Shown here: one piece after another, positions 42,572 through 52,800 of the stretch
Layout of the letters: every line of letters starts with the position of its first letter
How positions within the stretch are numbered: the stretch's first letter is position 1
NCBI GenBank assembly: GCA_017416465.1
Contig: JAFQCK010000073.1
Location: 38,398-102,397 of the forward strand
Source: Lachnospiraceae bacterium
GTDB lineage: Bacteria > Bacillota > Clostridia > Lachnospirales > Lachnospiraceae
DNA: 64,000 nucleotides
Direction of reading: 5' to 3'
The notes under the pieces: model-generated
What the model saw: only the letters and a program-made list of their open reading frames with translations
Told to the model about the DNA's origin: nothing
Database searches by the model: none
Position numbers and translations under genes: made by a program

Positions 42572-42777
42572 TAATGATATTTATTCTCTCCAAGTACGAA
42601 TATAAAGCTTTGTATATGTTTTGTGATATTAATTACTCAATATGACACGACCGACTTGAATTCGCAATCCATTGCTCAGTCAAGTCTTTTGCCGACATCG
42701 TGTCGGCAAATCGTTGGTTAATAACAAAACACTAACAAAGCCTTATATTCTTAACTAGTCGTGAATAAATATCATTA
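42572..42777. repeat. Large nested palindromic intergenic element
   Basis: 15-bp outer inverted repeat taatgatatttattc / gaataaatatcatta, further nested stems, and an inner hairpin tttgccgaca-tcg-tgtcggcaaa. Confidence 0.6.
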
Positions 42778-42913
42778 ATATAAAAATTCTAAAATATTCC
42801 AATCGAAAATTAACATACATTTAAATGTACTCTTTCAATAAACTTACAATTCTGTGAATACTATTTAATATAATTATGTGTATTACCTAATAATTTATTT
42901 CAAAACAACATAG

Positions 42914-43837
42914 TTATACTAATAAATATACTACGTATGCTGCATAACTTATAATCATCGCAATCGACCATGGTCTTGTAAGTTTCTTTGTTTTGAATAC
43001 GCTAACCCATAAAAATACTCCTGCCAAAACAGCAATAACTGAATCTATTATAAAGTTTGGTTCAAAGTTAATCGGAATGATTAATGAACTTATACCAATT
43101 ACAAAAAGTATATTAAAGATATTACTTCCTACGATATTTCCAATAGCTATATCTGCATTTCCTTTTTTTGCAGCAGTTACTGAAGTTACAAGTTCCGGAA
43201 GCGATGTTCCGAGGGCAACTATTGTAAGTCCTATAAATCTTTCACTAAGTCCAATAACCTCGGCAATTGCGGTTGCACTATCTACCGTCACATCACTTCC
43301 CCATACAACAATAACTCCACCAACTATCATACTTATAACAAGTTTTAAATTGCCTCTCTCTTCTTTAACTTCTTCCTGCTCTCCTTTCTTGGCAAGAATA
43401 AAAAGATATATAAGATAAACAATAAACATTGCTATAAATATAACACCCTCAACTCTTGAAATCTTATTTCCTGTCATACCCATTATGATTAACACTATCG
43501 TTACAGCAAGCATATATGGAATCTCAATTAATAGAGTAGACTTCTGAATTGCAACTGCTACAATAGCGCCAGTAACACCTAAAATTATAAGAATATTTAA
43601 AATATTACTTCCAAGAACATTTCCTATTGTAATATCAGCATTATCCTTAAGTGCAGCATTAATACTTACTGCTGCTTCAGGTGCACTTGTTCCCATTGCA
43701 ACAATTGTAAGACCAATAACCAACTGTGGAATACCGAGTTTGTTAGCAATTCCTGATGTTCCATCCACAAACCAGTCTGCACCCTTTATAAGCATTGCAA
43801 ATCCTAGTACCAATAGTAAAAGATTAACAAAAATCAT
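42914..43837 (-). CDS. Calcium/sodium antiporter (YrbG/CaCA family)
   Basis: Two alpha repeats, GTSAPE...GSN and GTSLPE...GSN. Confidence 0.93.
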   Translation of the reverse strand: MIFVNLLLLVLGFAMLIKGADWFVDGTSGIANKLGIPQLVIGLTIVAMGTSAPEAAVSINAALKDNADITIGNVLGSNILNILIILGVTGAIVAVAIQKSTLLIEIPYMLAVTIVLIIMGMTGNKISRVEGVIFIAMFIVYLIYLFILAKKGEQEEVKEERGNLKLVISMIVGGVIVVWGSDVTVDSATAIAEVIGLSERFIGLTIVALGTSLPELVTSVTAAKKGNADIAIGNIVGSNIFNILFVIGISSLIIPINFEPNFIIDSVIAVLAGVFLWVSVFKTKKLTRPWSIAMIISYAAYVVYLLV

Positions 43838-43929
43838 TATTCATCTCCTCCTCTGCTATCATTCCAAACTACCCATATCAAAGCAATTACTACTACTGCT
43901 ACCAGTACTCCAAAAATAATATTATTCAT
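43837..43929 (-). CDS. Small single-TM protein (30 aa), not in the ORF track
   Basis: MNNIIFGVLVAVVVIALIWVVWNDSRGGDE; AGGAG upstream; stop overlaps the next start (TAATG). Confidence 0.6.
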   Translation of the reverse strand: MNNIIFGVLVAVVVIALIWVVWNDSRGGDE

Positions 43930-43953
43930 AACATACATTCTCCTATCTTCATT

Positions 43954-45597
43954 CTAATAACCTGCTAATTTTATATTCATAATCTCATCAGCAATATTTA
44001 ATGAATGGTCTCCAATTCTCTCAAAATCAGTAAGCATTTCAGAGAACACTATACTTCCTTCATCTTTACAAAGACCTTTTCTAACTCTCGTAAACATATT
44101 GTTACGGAATTCTTTTGTCATATCATCGACCTTTTGTTCCATTGCCGCAACTTTTCCATGCCATGCAACTACATCTTTGCTATCTTTAAATAACTCACTA
44201 AGTAATTCATCACACATAACTTTAATCTCATCAATTTCTTCCATAGCAATATCAGAGAATTTTATCTCTCTTTCTTTAATCAGCTTCGAATAACCACCGA
44301 CATTCATGGCATGGTCACTAATTCTTTCAATATTGCTTGCTATCGTAAATAATGAATTAAACACCTTACTACCGGTTTCTGTTCTTTGATGTGTCATAAC
44401 TCTTGAAATATATCTTGATATTTCTTTATAAAGGAAATCAATATCTTCTTCCTTCTTACTAACTTCTGTAACAGAAGCAAAATCATAATTTTTAAATGTA
44501 TCAAAAGCAAGTCCGACATTGTTCTTTGCCATTTCCATCATTCGTGCAATTTCTTTCTTTGCACTATCCAAGCTCATTGCCGATACACCAAACTGTTCAT
44601 CATTAATATTCTTAATATTCTGAATGTATTTTAAAGTAATGTGGTCGTCTTCTTCATCAACCGTATCTTTAAGAATAAGTTCAGCAAATTTAGCTAAATA
44701 TCCTCCAACAGGAATAAGAAGCAATGTTGTAGTAATATTAAATATTGTATGCATGTTAGCAATCTGTTTTGAAACATCTGTAGGAGTAAATCCTTCTACA
44801 ATCGACACAACCGGCGTTAATAAACATAAAGTTGTGAATATAATTGTTCCAATTATGTTAAATGAAATATGTATAACGGTTGTTCTTCTTGCATTTCTGC
44901 TTGTACCAATAGAAGCAAGTAATGCCGTAATACAAGTACCAATATTCTGACCAAATAATACAAACACTGCACTATCAAATCCTATAGCTCCACTAACTGC
45001 CAATGTCTGAAGAATACCAACCGAAGCAGATGAGGACTGAATAATTGCTGTAAAAATCATACCTGCAAATATTCCAAGTACCGGATTTTCGAACTTTGTA
45101 AGAATATCTACAAAAGCTTCATTTTCTGAGAGCGGTTTCATTGATTCTCCCATCATATTCATTCCAATAAATAAAATACCCAGACCTGCAAGAATATTTC
45201 CAATATGATGTGCTCTAACGTTCTTTGTAAATACAATAGCTGCAACTCCTATAAATGCAATAAGCGGAGCAATCTCTCCTACATCAAGTGCAATTAACTG
45301 GCCTGTAATAGTTGTACCAATGTTTGCACCCATGATAATCCATACAGCCTGTCTAAGAGTCATCATCCCCGAATTAACAAAACCTACAACCATTACCGTT
45401 GTTGCTGAAGATGACTGAATTACCGCTGTAATTAAAGCACCCACAAGTACGCCTTTTATACGATTCGAAGTCAGTTTTTCCAAAATCTGCTTCATCTTGT
45501 TACCCATAGCAGCTTCCATACCTGCACTCATCATCTGCATACCGTATAAGAATAATGCTAATCCACCAAGCAAACCAATATAAACTGATGCTGACAT
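43954..45597 (-). CDS. Na/Pi cotransporter family protein with PhoU-like C-terminus
   Basis: Two QSSS repeats, GANIGTT, and ERISDHA / ERIGDHS motifs. Confidence 0.92.
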   Translation of the reverse strand: MSASVYIGLLGGLALFLYGMQMMSAGMEAAMGNKMKQILEKLTSNRIKGVLVGALITAVIQSSSATTVMVVGFVNSGMMTLRQAVWIIMGANIGTTITGQLIALDVGEIAPLIAFIGVAAIVFTKNVRAHHIGNILAGLGILFIGMNMMGESMKPLSENEAFVDILTKFENPVLGIFAGMIFTAIIQSSSASVGILQTLAVSGAIGFDSAVFVLFGQNIGTCITALLASIGTSRNARRTTVIHISFNIIGTIIFTTLCLLTPVVSIVEGFTPTDVSKQIANMHTIFNITTTLLLIPVGGYLAKFAELILKDTVDEEDDHITLKYIQNIKNINDEQFGVSAMSLDSAKKEIARMMEMAKNNVGLAFDTFKNYDFASVTEVSKKEEDIDFLYKEISRYISRVMTHQRTETGSKVFNSLFTIASNIERISDHAMNVGGYSKLIKEREIKFSDIAMEEIDEIKVMCDELLSELFKDSKDVVAWHGKVAAMEQKVDDMTKEFRNNMFTRVRKGLCKDEGSIVFSEMLTDFERIGDHSLNIADEIMNIKLAGY

Positions 45598-45598
45598 T

Positions 45599-47014
45599 TT
45601 AATTAATCCTTTCAACCTTTATAATATTTGTATTTCCTGTCTTACCGTTAATTAAACCACCCGTCAAAACCACATTATCCCCTTTTTCAATCTTAAATTC
45701 CTTTTCGGCCTGCTTAACAGCATTGTAAAACATTACCTCCATTGAATACACTTCTTCTGTCAAAATCGGTGTTACACCCCAACTAAGATTAAGTTTTCTC
45801 CAAACTTTTTCAGAAGTAGTCATTCCTATAATGTCTACCGGACATCTGAATCTGCTTACCATTCTTGCAGTTCTTCCACTTAATGTACTTACCACTATAC
45901 TCTTAGCTTTTACATCTATTGCCATTGAACAGGTAGAATGTGAAATTGCATCAACATTATTCTGAATTTTAAACTCAGTTGTCTTAAACTTATGAACATA
46001 ATCAATATTTCTTTCAGTAAACTCTGCAATCTCAACCATATTCTTTACAGCTTCCACAGGATATTTTCCCGAAGCACTTTCACCCGATAACATTATCGCT
46101 GAAGTTCCGTCATAAACCGCATTTGCTACATCAGATAACTCTGCTCTTGTAGGTCTTGGATTATGAATCATTGATTCAAGCATCTCCGTTGCAGTTATAA
46201 CCCTTGTACCTAATAGTCTGCATTTATTTATCAAATATTTTTGAATTGCCGGAAGCTCTATAAAAGGAATTTCCACCCCCAAATCACCTCTGGCAATCAT
46301 AATTCCATCTGCTAATTCACATATTTCTTCAATATTATCTACACCTGAACGATTCTCAATTTTTGCTATAATATCTATATCATTGCCACCATTTTCATCC
46401 AGAAATTTTCTTATATCCATAACATCCTGTTTTCTTGATACAAATGATGCCGCAACATAATCAACTTCATTTTTAATTCCGAAAAGTAAATCTTCTTTAT
46501 CAGCTTCACTTAGAAATTCATGATTTAATACTTTATTAGGAAAATTCATACTTTTTCTGTCTGATAATTCTCCACCTGAAATAACTTTACAGATTACTTC
46601 TTTATTCTTTAAATCTGTCACCTCAAATATTACAAGTCCATTATTTACTAAAATCCTATCACCAACATTTAATTCTTCACAAAGATGACTATAATTAACT
46701 GATACTCTTTCCTGATTTCCTACAATATCTTCAGTTGTAAAAATAAAAGTATCTCCATCTGATAAAAATATCTTCTTATCTTCAAAAGTTTTAATTCTGT
46801 ATTCAGGTCCTTTTGTATCTAACATAATAGGAATAGGTAAATTTAATTTTTCTCTTACTTTTTTAATCAAATCCATTTTAACCTGATGTTCCTCGTGTGT
46901 GCCATGTGAAAAATTAAGTCTCGCAACATTCATTCCTTCAAGACACATTTTTGTTAATGTTTCTTCATTATCACTTGCAGGTCCTATTGTACATATTACT
47001 TTTGTCTTTCTCAT
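45599..47014 (-). CDS. pyk: Pyruvate kinase
   Basis: TKVICTIGPAS, RLNFSHG, MIARGDLGVE and PTRAE motifs. Confidence 0.96.
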   Translation of the reverse strand: MRKTKVICTIGPASDNEETLTKMCLEGMNVARLNFSHGTHEEHQVKMDLIKKVREKLNLPIPIMLDTKGPEYRIKTFEDKKIFLSDGDTFIFTTEDIVGNQERVSVNYSHLCEELNVGDRILVNNGLVIFEVTDLKNKEVICKVISGGELSDRKSMNFPNKVLNHEFLSEADKEDLLFGIKNEVDYVAASFVSRKQDVMDIRKFLDENGGNDIDIIAKIENRSGVDNIEEICELADGIMIARGDLGVEIPFIELPAIQKYLINKCRLLGTRVITATEMLESMIHNPRPTRAELSDVANAVYDGTSAIMLSGESASGKYPVEAVKNMVEIAEFTERNIDYVHKFKTTEFKIQNNVDAISHSTCSMAIDVKAKSIVVSTLSGRTARMVSRFRCPVDIIGMTTSEKVWRKLNLSWGVTPILTEEVYSMEVMFYNAVKQAEKEFKIEKGDNVVLTGGLINGKTGNTNIIKVERIN

Positions 47015-47033
47015 AACTGCTATAAATCTCCAT

Positions 47034-47735
47034 TCAATTTTCAGTATTCATTCTATATCCTACGCCCAACTCATTTGAAATATATTTATTTTCCCCCGGT
47101 TTCTCTCCAAATTTTTTTCTAATATTCGCCATATTGACCTGTAATTTTTTTATACTTCCTGAATCACTATATTCCCATATCTTCTTTATTATTTCAGAAT
47201 AAGTAAGAACTCTTCCCGCCTGTAATGATAAAAGTTCAACTATATCATATTCTGTGTGTGTGAGTTTTACTTCGTTTTCTCCAACTGTTATTCTTCGACT
47301 TTCATAATCAATTATCATATCGCCTGTACAAAACTTAGTTTTGTGTGGCTCTCCAATATAATTTTGTCTACTATTTCTAAGCACTGCCCTAACTCTTGCT
47401 AAAAGTTCCTCAGTTCCAAACGGTTTAGTAACATAATCATTAGCACCATAATCCAGTGCAGTAACTTTATCACTTTCGTTGGACCTTGCTGATAACACGA
47501 TAATTGGTATATTTAAACGTTCTCTTACTTTCTTAATCAAATCGTTACCATCAATATCCGGTAATCCTAAATCAAGAATTATTGTATCCGGTCTGTGTGA
47601 TAGACACATTGTAATTCCGACACTTCCTGTATTTGCTATTAATACCTGATAACCATTAGTTTCCAAAATAGTCTTTACAAAATTACAAATATTAAGTTCA
47701 TCTTCTATTATTAAAATCTTGTATCTGTTACTCAT
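47034..47735 (-). CDS. KdpE-like OmpR-family response regulator
   Basis: ILDLGLPDIDG, GANDYVTKPF and GVGYRM motifs. Confidence 0.9.
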   Translation of the reverse strand: MSNRYKILIIEDELNICNFVKTILETNGYQVLIANTGSVGITMCLSHRPDTIILDLGLPDIDGNDLIKKVRERLNIPIIVLSARSNESDKVTALDYGANDYVTKPFGTEELLARVRAVLRNSRQNYIGEPHKTKFCTGDMIIDYESRRITVGENEVKLTHTEYDIVELLSLQAGRVLTYSEIIKKIWEYSDSGSIKKLQVNMANIRKKFGEKPGENKYISNELGVGYRMNTEN

Positions 47736-48789
47736 TCTCTTCTTCCTCCAAACTCAGGAAAAATCTAAAACAACATCCACCTGTTTTTCTATTCTCTACA
47801 CTTATATCTCCTTTATGAGCTTTTATAATCGATGCACATACTGATAGTCCTATTCCCATACCACTTTTTTGGTTATCAACAGGGGTTTCTTTTTTCTCAA
47901 AATATCCTGTAAATATATCTGATATTCTGTCCTTTGGAATACCACATCCATTATCAAATATTTCAAATATCGCATTATTCCCTACGGTAAATACTTTAAT
48001 TCCAATTTCTGTAGCACCTTCGGCATGCTGTACCGCATTTTCCAAAATATTTACAATCACCTGCTCTATCAATACTGCATCCATCGGAATACTGATAAAT
48101 TCATCCGGAATATCTACATTTATATTATTTGAAGGATATCTCTTTTTAAAACGAATTAATACTGAATCAATTAATTCCTCTAATACTATTGGTGTTTTAA
48201 TCAGCTTCACATTACCATTATCAATTCGTGTTACTGACAATAGATTCTCAACCATTCCCATTAACCATTGCGAATCTTCTTTTATTCCTTTAGCAAGTTG
48301 TATTACCTGTTCATCATTTAAACAATCATATTTATCAATTATCGCAGAACTTGAACCATATATTGTCGTTAAAGGTGTTCTTAAATCATGTGATACTGCT
48401 CTTAAAAGATTAGCTCGCATTTTTTCTTTTTCAGTTTCAGCTCTCATCTGTTCCTGTAATCTCAGTTTTGTCGATAATGTACATGATAATACTGTTATTA
48501 CAAGCATTATAATAGCTGAAACAAGATTTTCAGGTATACTGAAATTAAATTTAAAATACGGAAACGTGAAGGCGTAATTCAAAGCTAAAACACTTAAAAG
48601 TGAAGCAATAATTCCATATATATACCCTTTAGTAAATAACGATATTAAAAACACTTCAAGTGTAAATACTGCCGGAATTAATGAGTTTGTTTTAAAAAAC
48701 CTTTCTATGAACAAACTTATAAAAAAGAATAATACTAATATCAGAATCGTAAATAACGAATTTCCTAAAATCTTATGTTCTTTATTCAT
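47728..48789 (-). CDS. Short KdpD-like sensor histidine kinase (TM region plus kinase core only)
   Basis: Four TM segments; RAVSHDLRTPLT H-box; N, G1 and G2 boxes. Confidence 0.9.
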   Translation of the reverse strand: MNKEHKILGNSLFTILILVLFFFISLFIERFFKTNSLIPAVFTLEVFLISLFTKGYIYGIIASLLSVLALNYAFTFPYFKFNFSIPENLVSAIIMLVITVLSCTLSTKLRLQEQMRAETEKEKMRANLLRAVSHDLRTPLTTIYGSSSAIIDKYDCLNDEQVIQLAKGIKEDSQWLMGMVENLLSVTRIDNGNVKLIKTPIVLEELIDSVLIRFKKRYPSNNINVDIPDEFISIPMDAVLIEQVIVNILENAVQHAEGATEIGIKVFTVGNNAIFEIFDNGCGIPKDRISDIFTGYFEKKETPVDNQKSGMGIGLSVCASIIKAHKGDISVENRKTGGCCFRFFLSLEEEENE

Positions 48790-49031
48790 ATATTATTTTT
48801 TAATGTCCTTTCTGGAAAATTATGTAATAATTACTTATTTATAAACCAAATTTCCCAACGGTTTCTTATTATAACATCTAGGTGGTAAAGAAACAGTTAA
48901 GAAATTTTTAGTAACCGTTTAGTGCAACTTTCCTATTTGATAAAAATAGCAAGAAAATCAATCTAGTGATTTTCTTGCTATCAAAATACACCTCATATTT
49001 GTTGTTACAAATTTCATTAGCTTATTTTTTC

Positions 49032-49814
49032 TTACTTCTTAGACAATATATCAAGTGTATGTGCTCCTGCCCCAAGTAACTCCGTTCTCTCACAGGTTGA
49101 CAAATGATATTTTATAAAAGTCTCATATGTCTCATCATCCATTTGATTCAATACTGTTCTCATATAATTAGCAGGTCCGTCTGCTGATATTATCTTAATC
49201 CTGTCAAGTCCTACTCTTTCATTTAATGAATTAATATCTTCAAGTCTTACATAATCATATAACTCTTCTTCATCGGGCATACATCTGAAATTTGAGGAAA
49301 TCTTATTTTCCTTAATACATCTTAGAATATTGTTCTCCTTAAACCCATATGTCAGAATGCTATATTCATTCATACAATAAGCAACCATTATAATTCCACC
49401 TGTTTTGGTTACACGTTTTGCCTCTTTTAATGCCTTTTCTTTATCTTCATCTTTAGTTAAATGATACATTGGACCAAATAATAATGTTAAATCAAAACTT
49501 TCATCTTCAAATCTTGATAATTTAAGAGCATTTCCCTGATAGGCTTTAACTGTGCTACCCTTTGATTTTAAAATTCCAAGATTATATTTTACAAGCTCAA
49601 CAGCAGTTACATCATAACCTTCATTAGCAAGAGCCACTGAATACCTTCCTGTACCTGCACCTATATCAAGAATCTTTGTATTTTTATCTTCACTAAGAAA
49701 ATCGTGTATATACTTCATTGAAGTGACATATTCAACATTTCCATGCCTTCTTAAAAGCCTTTTATCTTCATTAAACTTATTATAATACTTCTCTAAATCC
49801 GTCATTTCTTTCAA
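49032..49814 (-). CDS. Class I SAM-dependent methyltransferase
   Basis: ILDIGAGTGRYS and LLFGPMYHL motifs. Confidence 0.9.
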   Translation of the reverse strand: MKEMTDLEKYYNKFNEDKRLLRRHGNVEYVTSMKYIHDFLSEDKNTKILDIGAGTGRYSVALANEGYDVTAVELVKYNLGILKSKGSTVKAYQGNALKLSRFEDESFDLTLLFGPMYHLTKDEDKEKALKEAKRVTKTGGIIMVAYCMNEYSILTYGFKENNILRCIKENKISSNFRCMPDEEELYDYVRLEDINSLNERVGLDRIKIISADGPANYMRTVLNQMDDETYETFIKYHLSTCERTELLGAGAHTLDILSKK

Positions 49815-49826
49815 TTTTTATCACCT

Positions 49827-51197
49827 TTACTTTACAAAGAAATTATATAATCCAAATGCGAATAATAAAACTATTATTACAGGAAGTACATAAGTAATGT
49901 ATCCGCGCATCCATTTTTTCACTTTAAATCCTTTTCCCGTATTAGCTTCTTTTTCAAAATTATCCCATCCCCAACCTTTTTTGCTTACACAAAACAGTAC
50001 ATATATTAATGAACCAATAGGTAAGAATAAATTAGAAACAATAAAATCTTCCAAATCCATAATATTTGAGCCTTCGCCAAAAGGTGTAAATCCGCTTAAT
50101 ACATTGAAGCCTAATATACAAGGAAGTGATAGAACCAAAAGTAGTATTCCATTAATTAAGCAGGATTTCTTTCTGCTCCATCCAAATAAATCACAAGTAC
50201 AGGCAAGTATTCCTTCAAATACTGCAAATACCGTTGATAATGCTGCAAATGACATAAATACAAAGAATAAACTTCCCCATACTCTTCCAAGAGGCATATT
50301 ATTAAATACATTAGGAAGTGTTACAAATATAAGATTAGGACCACTGTCTACAGGCACATCATAAGCAAAACATGCAGGGAATATAATAAGACCTGATACA
50401 AATGCAACAAATGTATCTAATGCTGCTACATTAATAGCTTCTCCCATTAATGCTCTGTCTTTACCCAAATAACTTCCAAAAATAGCCATCGCACCCATAC
50501 CAAGACTAAGTGTAAAAAATGCCTGATTCATAGCTGCAACGATTACATTAATAATTCCGGCTTCCTTCATCTTATTTATATCAGGAATAAGATAGAATGA
50601 AAGACCTTCCTTTCCACCTTCAAGAAAGATACTGTTAATTGCCAGCACTACCATAATTGCTAAAAGTGCAAGCATCATTACCTTTGTTATCTTCTCAAGT
50701 CCGTTAGCAAGACCAAGTGAACATACCAAAAATCCTAATATAACAACAATAGCCATAAATACTATCATCATTTTATAATCTTCAAGTATCGATGAATGAT
50801 AATTCTTAACACTTTCTGTATCAAGTCCCATCAAATCTCCATTTGCCATTGATACAAAATACTGTAACATCCAACCTGCTACAGTTGTATAAAACATCAT
50901 AAGCAGATAATTACCTATTACGCATACGTACCCATGTAAATGCCACTTCGAATTCTTAGGCTCTAACTCCTGATATAATCTTGCCGGACTCTTCTGGCTT
51001 GCTCTACCAAGCGAAAATTCCATAGTCATAACCGGAATGCCTAAAATAATAAGGAAAAATGCATATATTATTACAAATATTCCACCACCATATTGTCCTG
51101 CTACATAAGGAAATTTCCAAACATTTCCAATACCGATTGCGCAGCCCGCACTTAATAAAATAAAACCAAGACGGCTTCCTAAACGTTCTCTTTCCAC
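49827..51197 (-). CDS. Sodium-dependent transporter (NSS/SNF family)
   Basis: GCAIGIGNVWKFPY and QAFFTLSLG motifs. Confidence 0.93.
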   Translation of the reverse strand: MERERLGSRLGFILLSAGCAIGIGNVWKFPYVAGQYGGGIFVIIYAFFLIILGIPVMTMEFSLGRASQKSPARLYQELEPKNSKWHLHGYVCVIGNYLLMMFYTTVAGWMLQYFVSMANGDLMGLDTESVKNYHSSILEDYKMMIVFMAIVVILGFLVCSLGLANGLEKITKVMMLALLAIMVVLAINSIFLEGGKEGLSFYLIPDINKMKEAGIINVIVAAMNQAFFTLSLGMGAMAIFGSYLGKDRALMGEAINVAALDTFVAFVSGLIIFPACFAYDVPVDSGPNLIFVTLPNVFNNMPLGRVWGSLFFVFMSFAALSTVFAVFEGILACTCDLFGWSRKKSCLINGILLLVLSLPCILGFNVLSGFTPFGEGSNIMDLEDFIVSNLFLPIGSLIYVLFCVSKKGWGWDNFEKEANTGKGFKVKKWMRGYITYVLPVIIVLLFAFGLYNFFVK

Positions 51198-51355
51198 GAT
51201 TTCCTCCTACTTTCTTTAATTAATCAAAAAATTCAATCCTTATCAAAATCTACGAGTATCGGTTCTGAAAAACAGTTTGAACCGAAGCTAGGCTATTATA
51301 ACATAATATATCAAACTTAAACAGTTACTTTTTTATGTAAAATTAATATTAAGTA

Positions 51356-51415
51356 TTGACAAGTTATAAGTACAATGCTATCATTACCACATTAGTGTAG
51401 TAATGTAGTAATGAT
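51356..51415 (+). promoter_or_regulatory. Promoter and palindromic operator of the second GntR operon
   Basis: TTGACA, 17 bp, TATCAT; inverted repeat atcattaccacatta / taatgtagtaatgat overlapping the -10 and start site. Confidence 0.65.
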
Positions 51416-51501
51416 ATTTTCAAGAAATTTATATTATTTAACTACTATTAATTTTGTAAACGCTTAATCTAATTTTTATATCACGAAAGGAGGCTTAAGT
51501 A

Positions 51502-51864
51502 ATGCGAATAGATTTTAATGATATGGTTCCTATTTATGTACAGATTGCAGATGCCATTGAAGATGACATATTATCAGGTAAATTAAAAGAAGGTGATAAA
51601 TGTTATTCTCAGGTAGTTATCTCAAAGGAACTTAATATCAATCCCGCCACTGCTGCAAAGGGTATTCGAATACTTGTCGAAAGAGATATTTTAGAAAAAG
51701 TCAGAGGGCAGGCAATGACAATAAAGAAAGGGGCGGTTGAAATGATTAAAGCAAGAAAGACCAACGATACTTTATCAATATTAATGGAAAATCTTATAAC
51801 AGAAGCTAAAAAATTAGGAATAAGCAAAGAAGAATTATTAAATCTTCTTTCTGAAAATTTTTAA
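51502..51864 (+). CDS. GntR-family (YtrA-like) regulator
   Basis: PIYVQIAD and INPATAAKG motifs. Confidence 0.88.
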   Translation: MRIDFNDMVPIYVQIADAIEDDILSGKLKEGDKCYSQVVISKELNINPATAAKGIRILVERDILEKVRGQAMTIKKGAVEMIKARKTNDTLSILMENLITEAKKLGISKEELLNLLSENF

Positions 51865-51891
51865 TCTTATAAGCAAATTTAATGAAAGGAA

Positions 51892-52800
51892 ATGGTGTAT
51901 AAAATGACTAATTATTCAATAATTTCAGATAATTTAAAACTTTCATACGGAAAAAAGGAAGCGCTTAGAGGACTTAATTTTTCACTTAACGAGAATCAGA
52001 TTATCGGTCTGATTGGTTCAAACGGAAGCGGTAAGACTACTTTTTTTAATGTTTGCGTCGGCAATCTCTCTCCTAAATCCGGCTCGGTTACTATTCTAGG
52101 CGGAAATGCCACTAAAGATATTTCAATTAATGAAGAAGTAATTTATTCAATGCACAATCTTCCTGTTGGAGATTCTTTTAAGTTAAAAAATGTAGTCGAA
52201 TTTTACAATATTACATATCCGCACTTTGACAAAGATTTTGCATTAAAATTATTAGAAATATTTTCTTTACCAATCAATAAAAAAGTATCCTCTTTATCAC
52301 AAGGTATGAAAAGTTTATTTCATTTAAGCTGTGCAATTGCTACACGTGCTAAAGTTACTTTATTGGATGAACCTTTTATTGGCATTGATATTGAGCGAAG
52401 AAAATTATCCTACGAGGTATTATTAAGAGATTTTATGGAATACCCACGTACAATCGTTATATCAAGTCATAACCTTTCCGAAATTGAAAATCTTCTCTCT
52501 GAGATTGTTTTAATTCATGAAGGAAAAACTATTTTTTATAAAGATATTGATTCAGTACGTGAACTTTTATTTAGAGCTGACGGTGATAACATCGATGAAT
52601 ATTCCGGAAATGAAAATATTTTAATAACTAAAAAAGGAGAACTTGGAAATTATTTAATCGCACATGGTTCAGTAAATTCAACATTTGCAAAAGAATTAGC
52701 TGATAACGGATTTAAGATAAGTCCTGTTTCTCCGGAAGATGCATGCGTATACTATACAACTTATGATAAGGAGCGTGATTTAGAATGTCTGTGGAATTAA
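51892..52800 (+). CDS. ABC transporter ATP-binding protein
   Basis: GSNGSGKTT, LSQGMK and LLDEPF motifs. Confidence 0.9.
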   Translation: MVYKMTNYSIISDNLKLSYGKKEALRGLNFSLNENQIIGLIGSNGSGKTTFFNVCVGNLSPKSGSVTILGGNATKDISINEEVIYSMHNLPVGDSFKLKNVVEFYNITYPHFDKDFALKLLEIFSLPINKKVSSLSQGMKSLFHLSCAIATRAKVTLLDEPFIGIDIERRKLSYEVLLRDFMEYPRTIVISSHNLSEIENLLSEIVLIHEGKTIFYKDIDSVRELLFRADGDNIDEYSGNENILITKKGELGNYLIAHGSVNSTFAKELADNGFKISPVSPEDACVYYTTYDKERDLECLWN

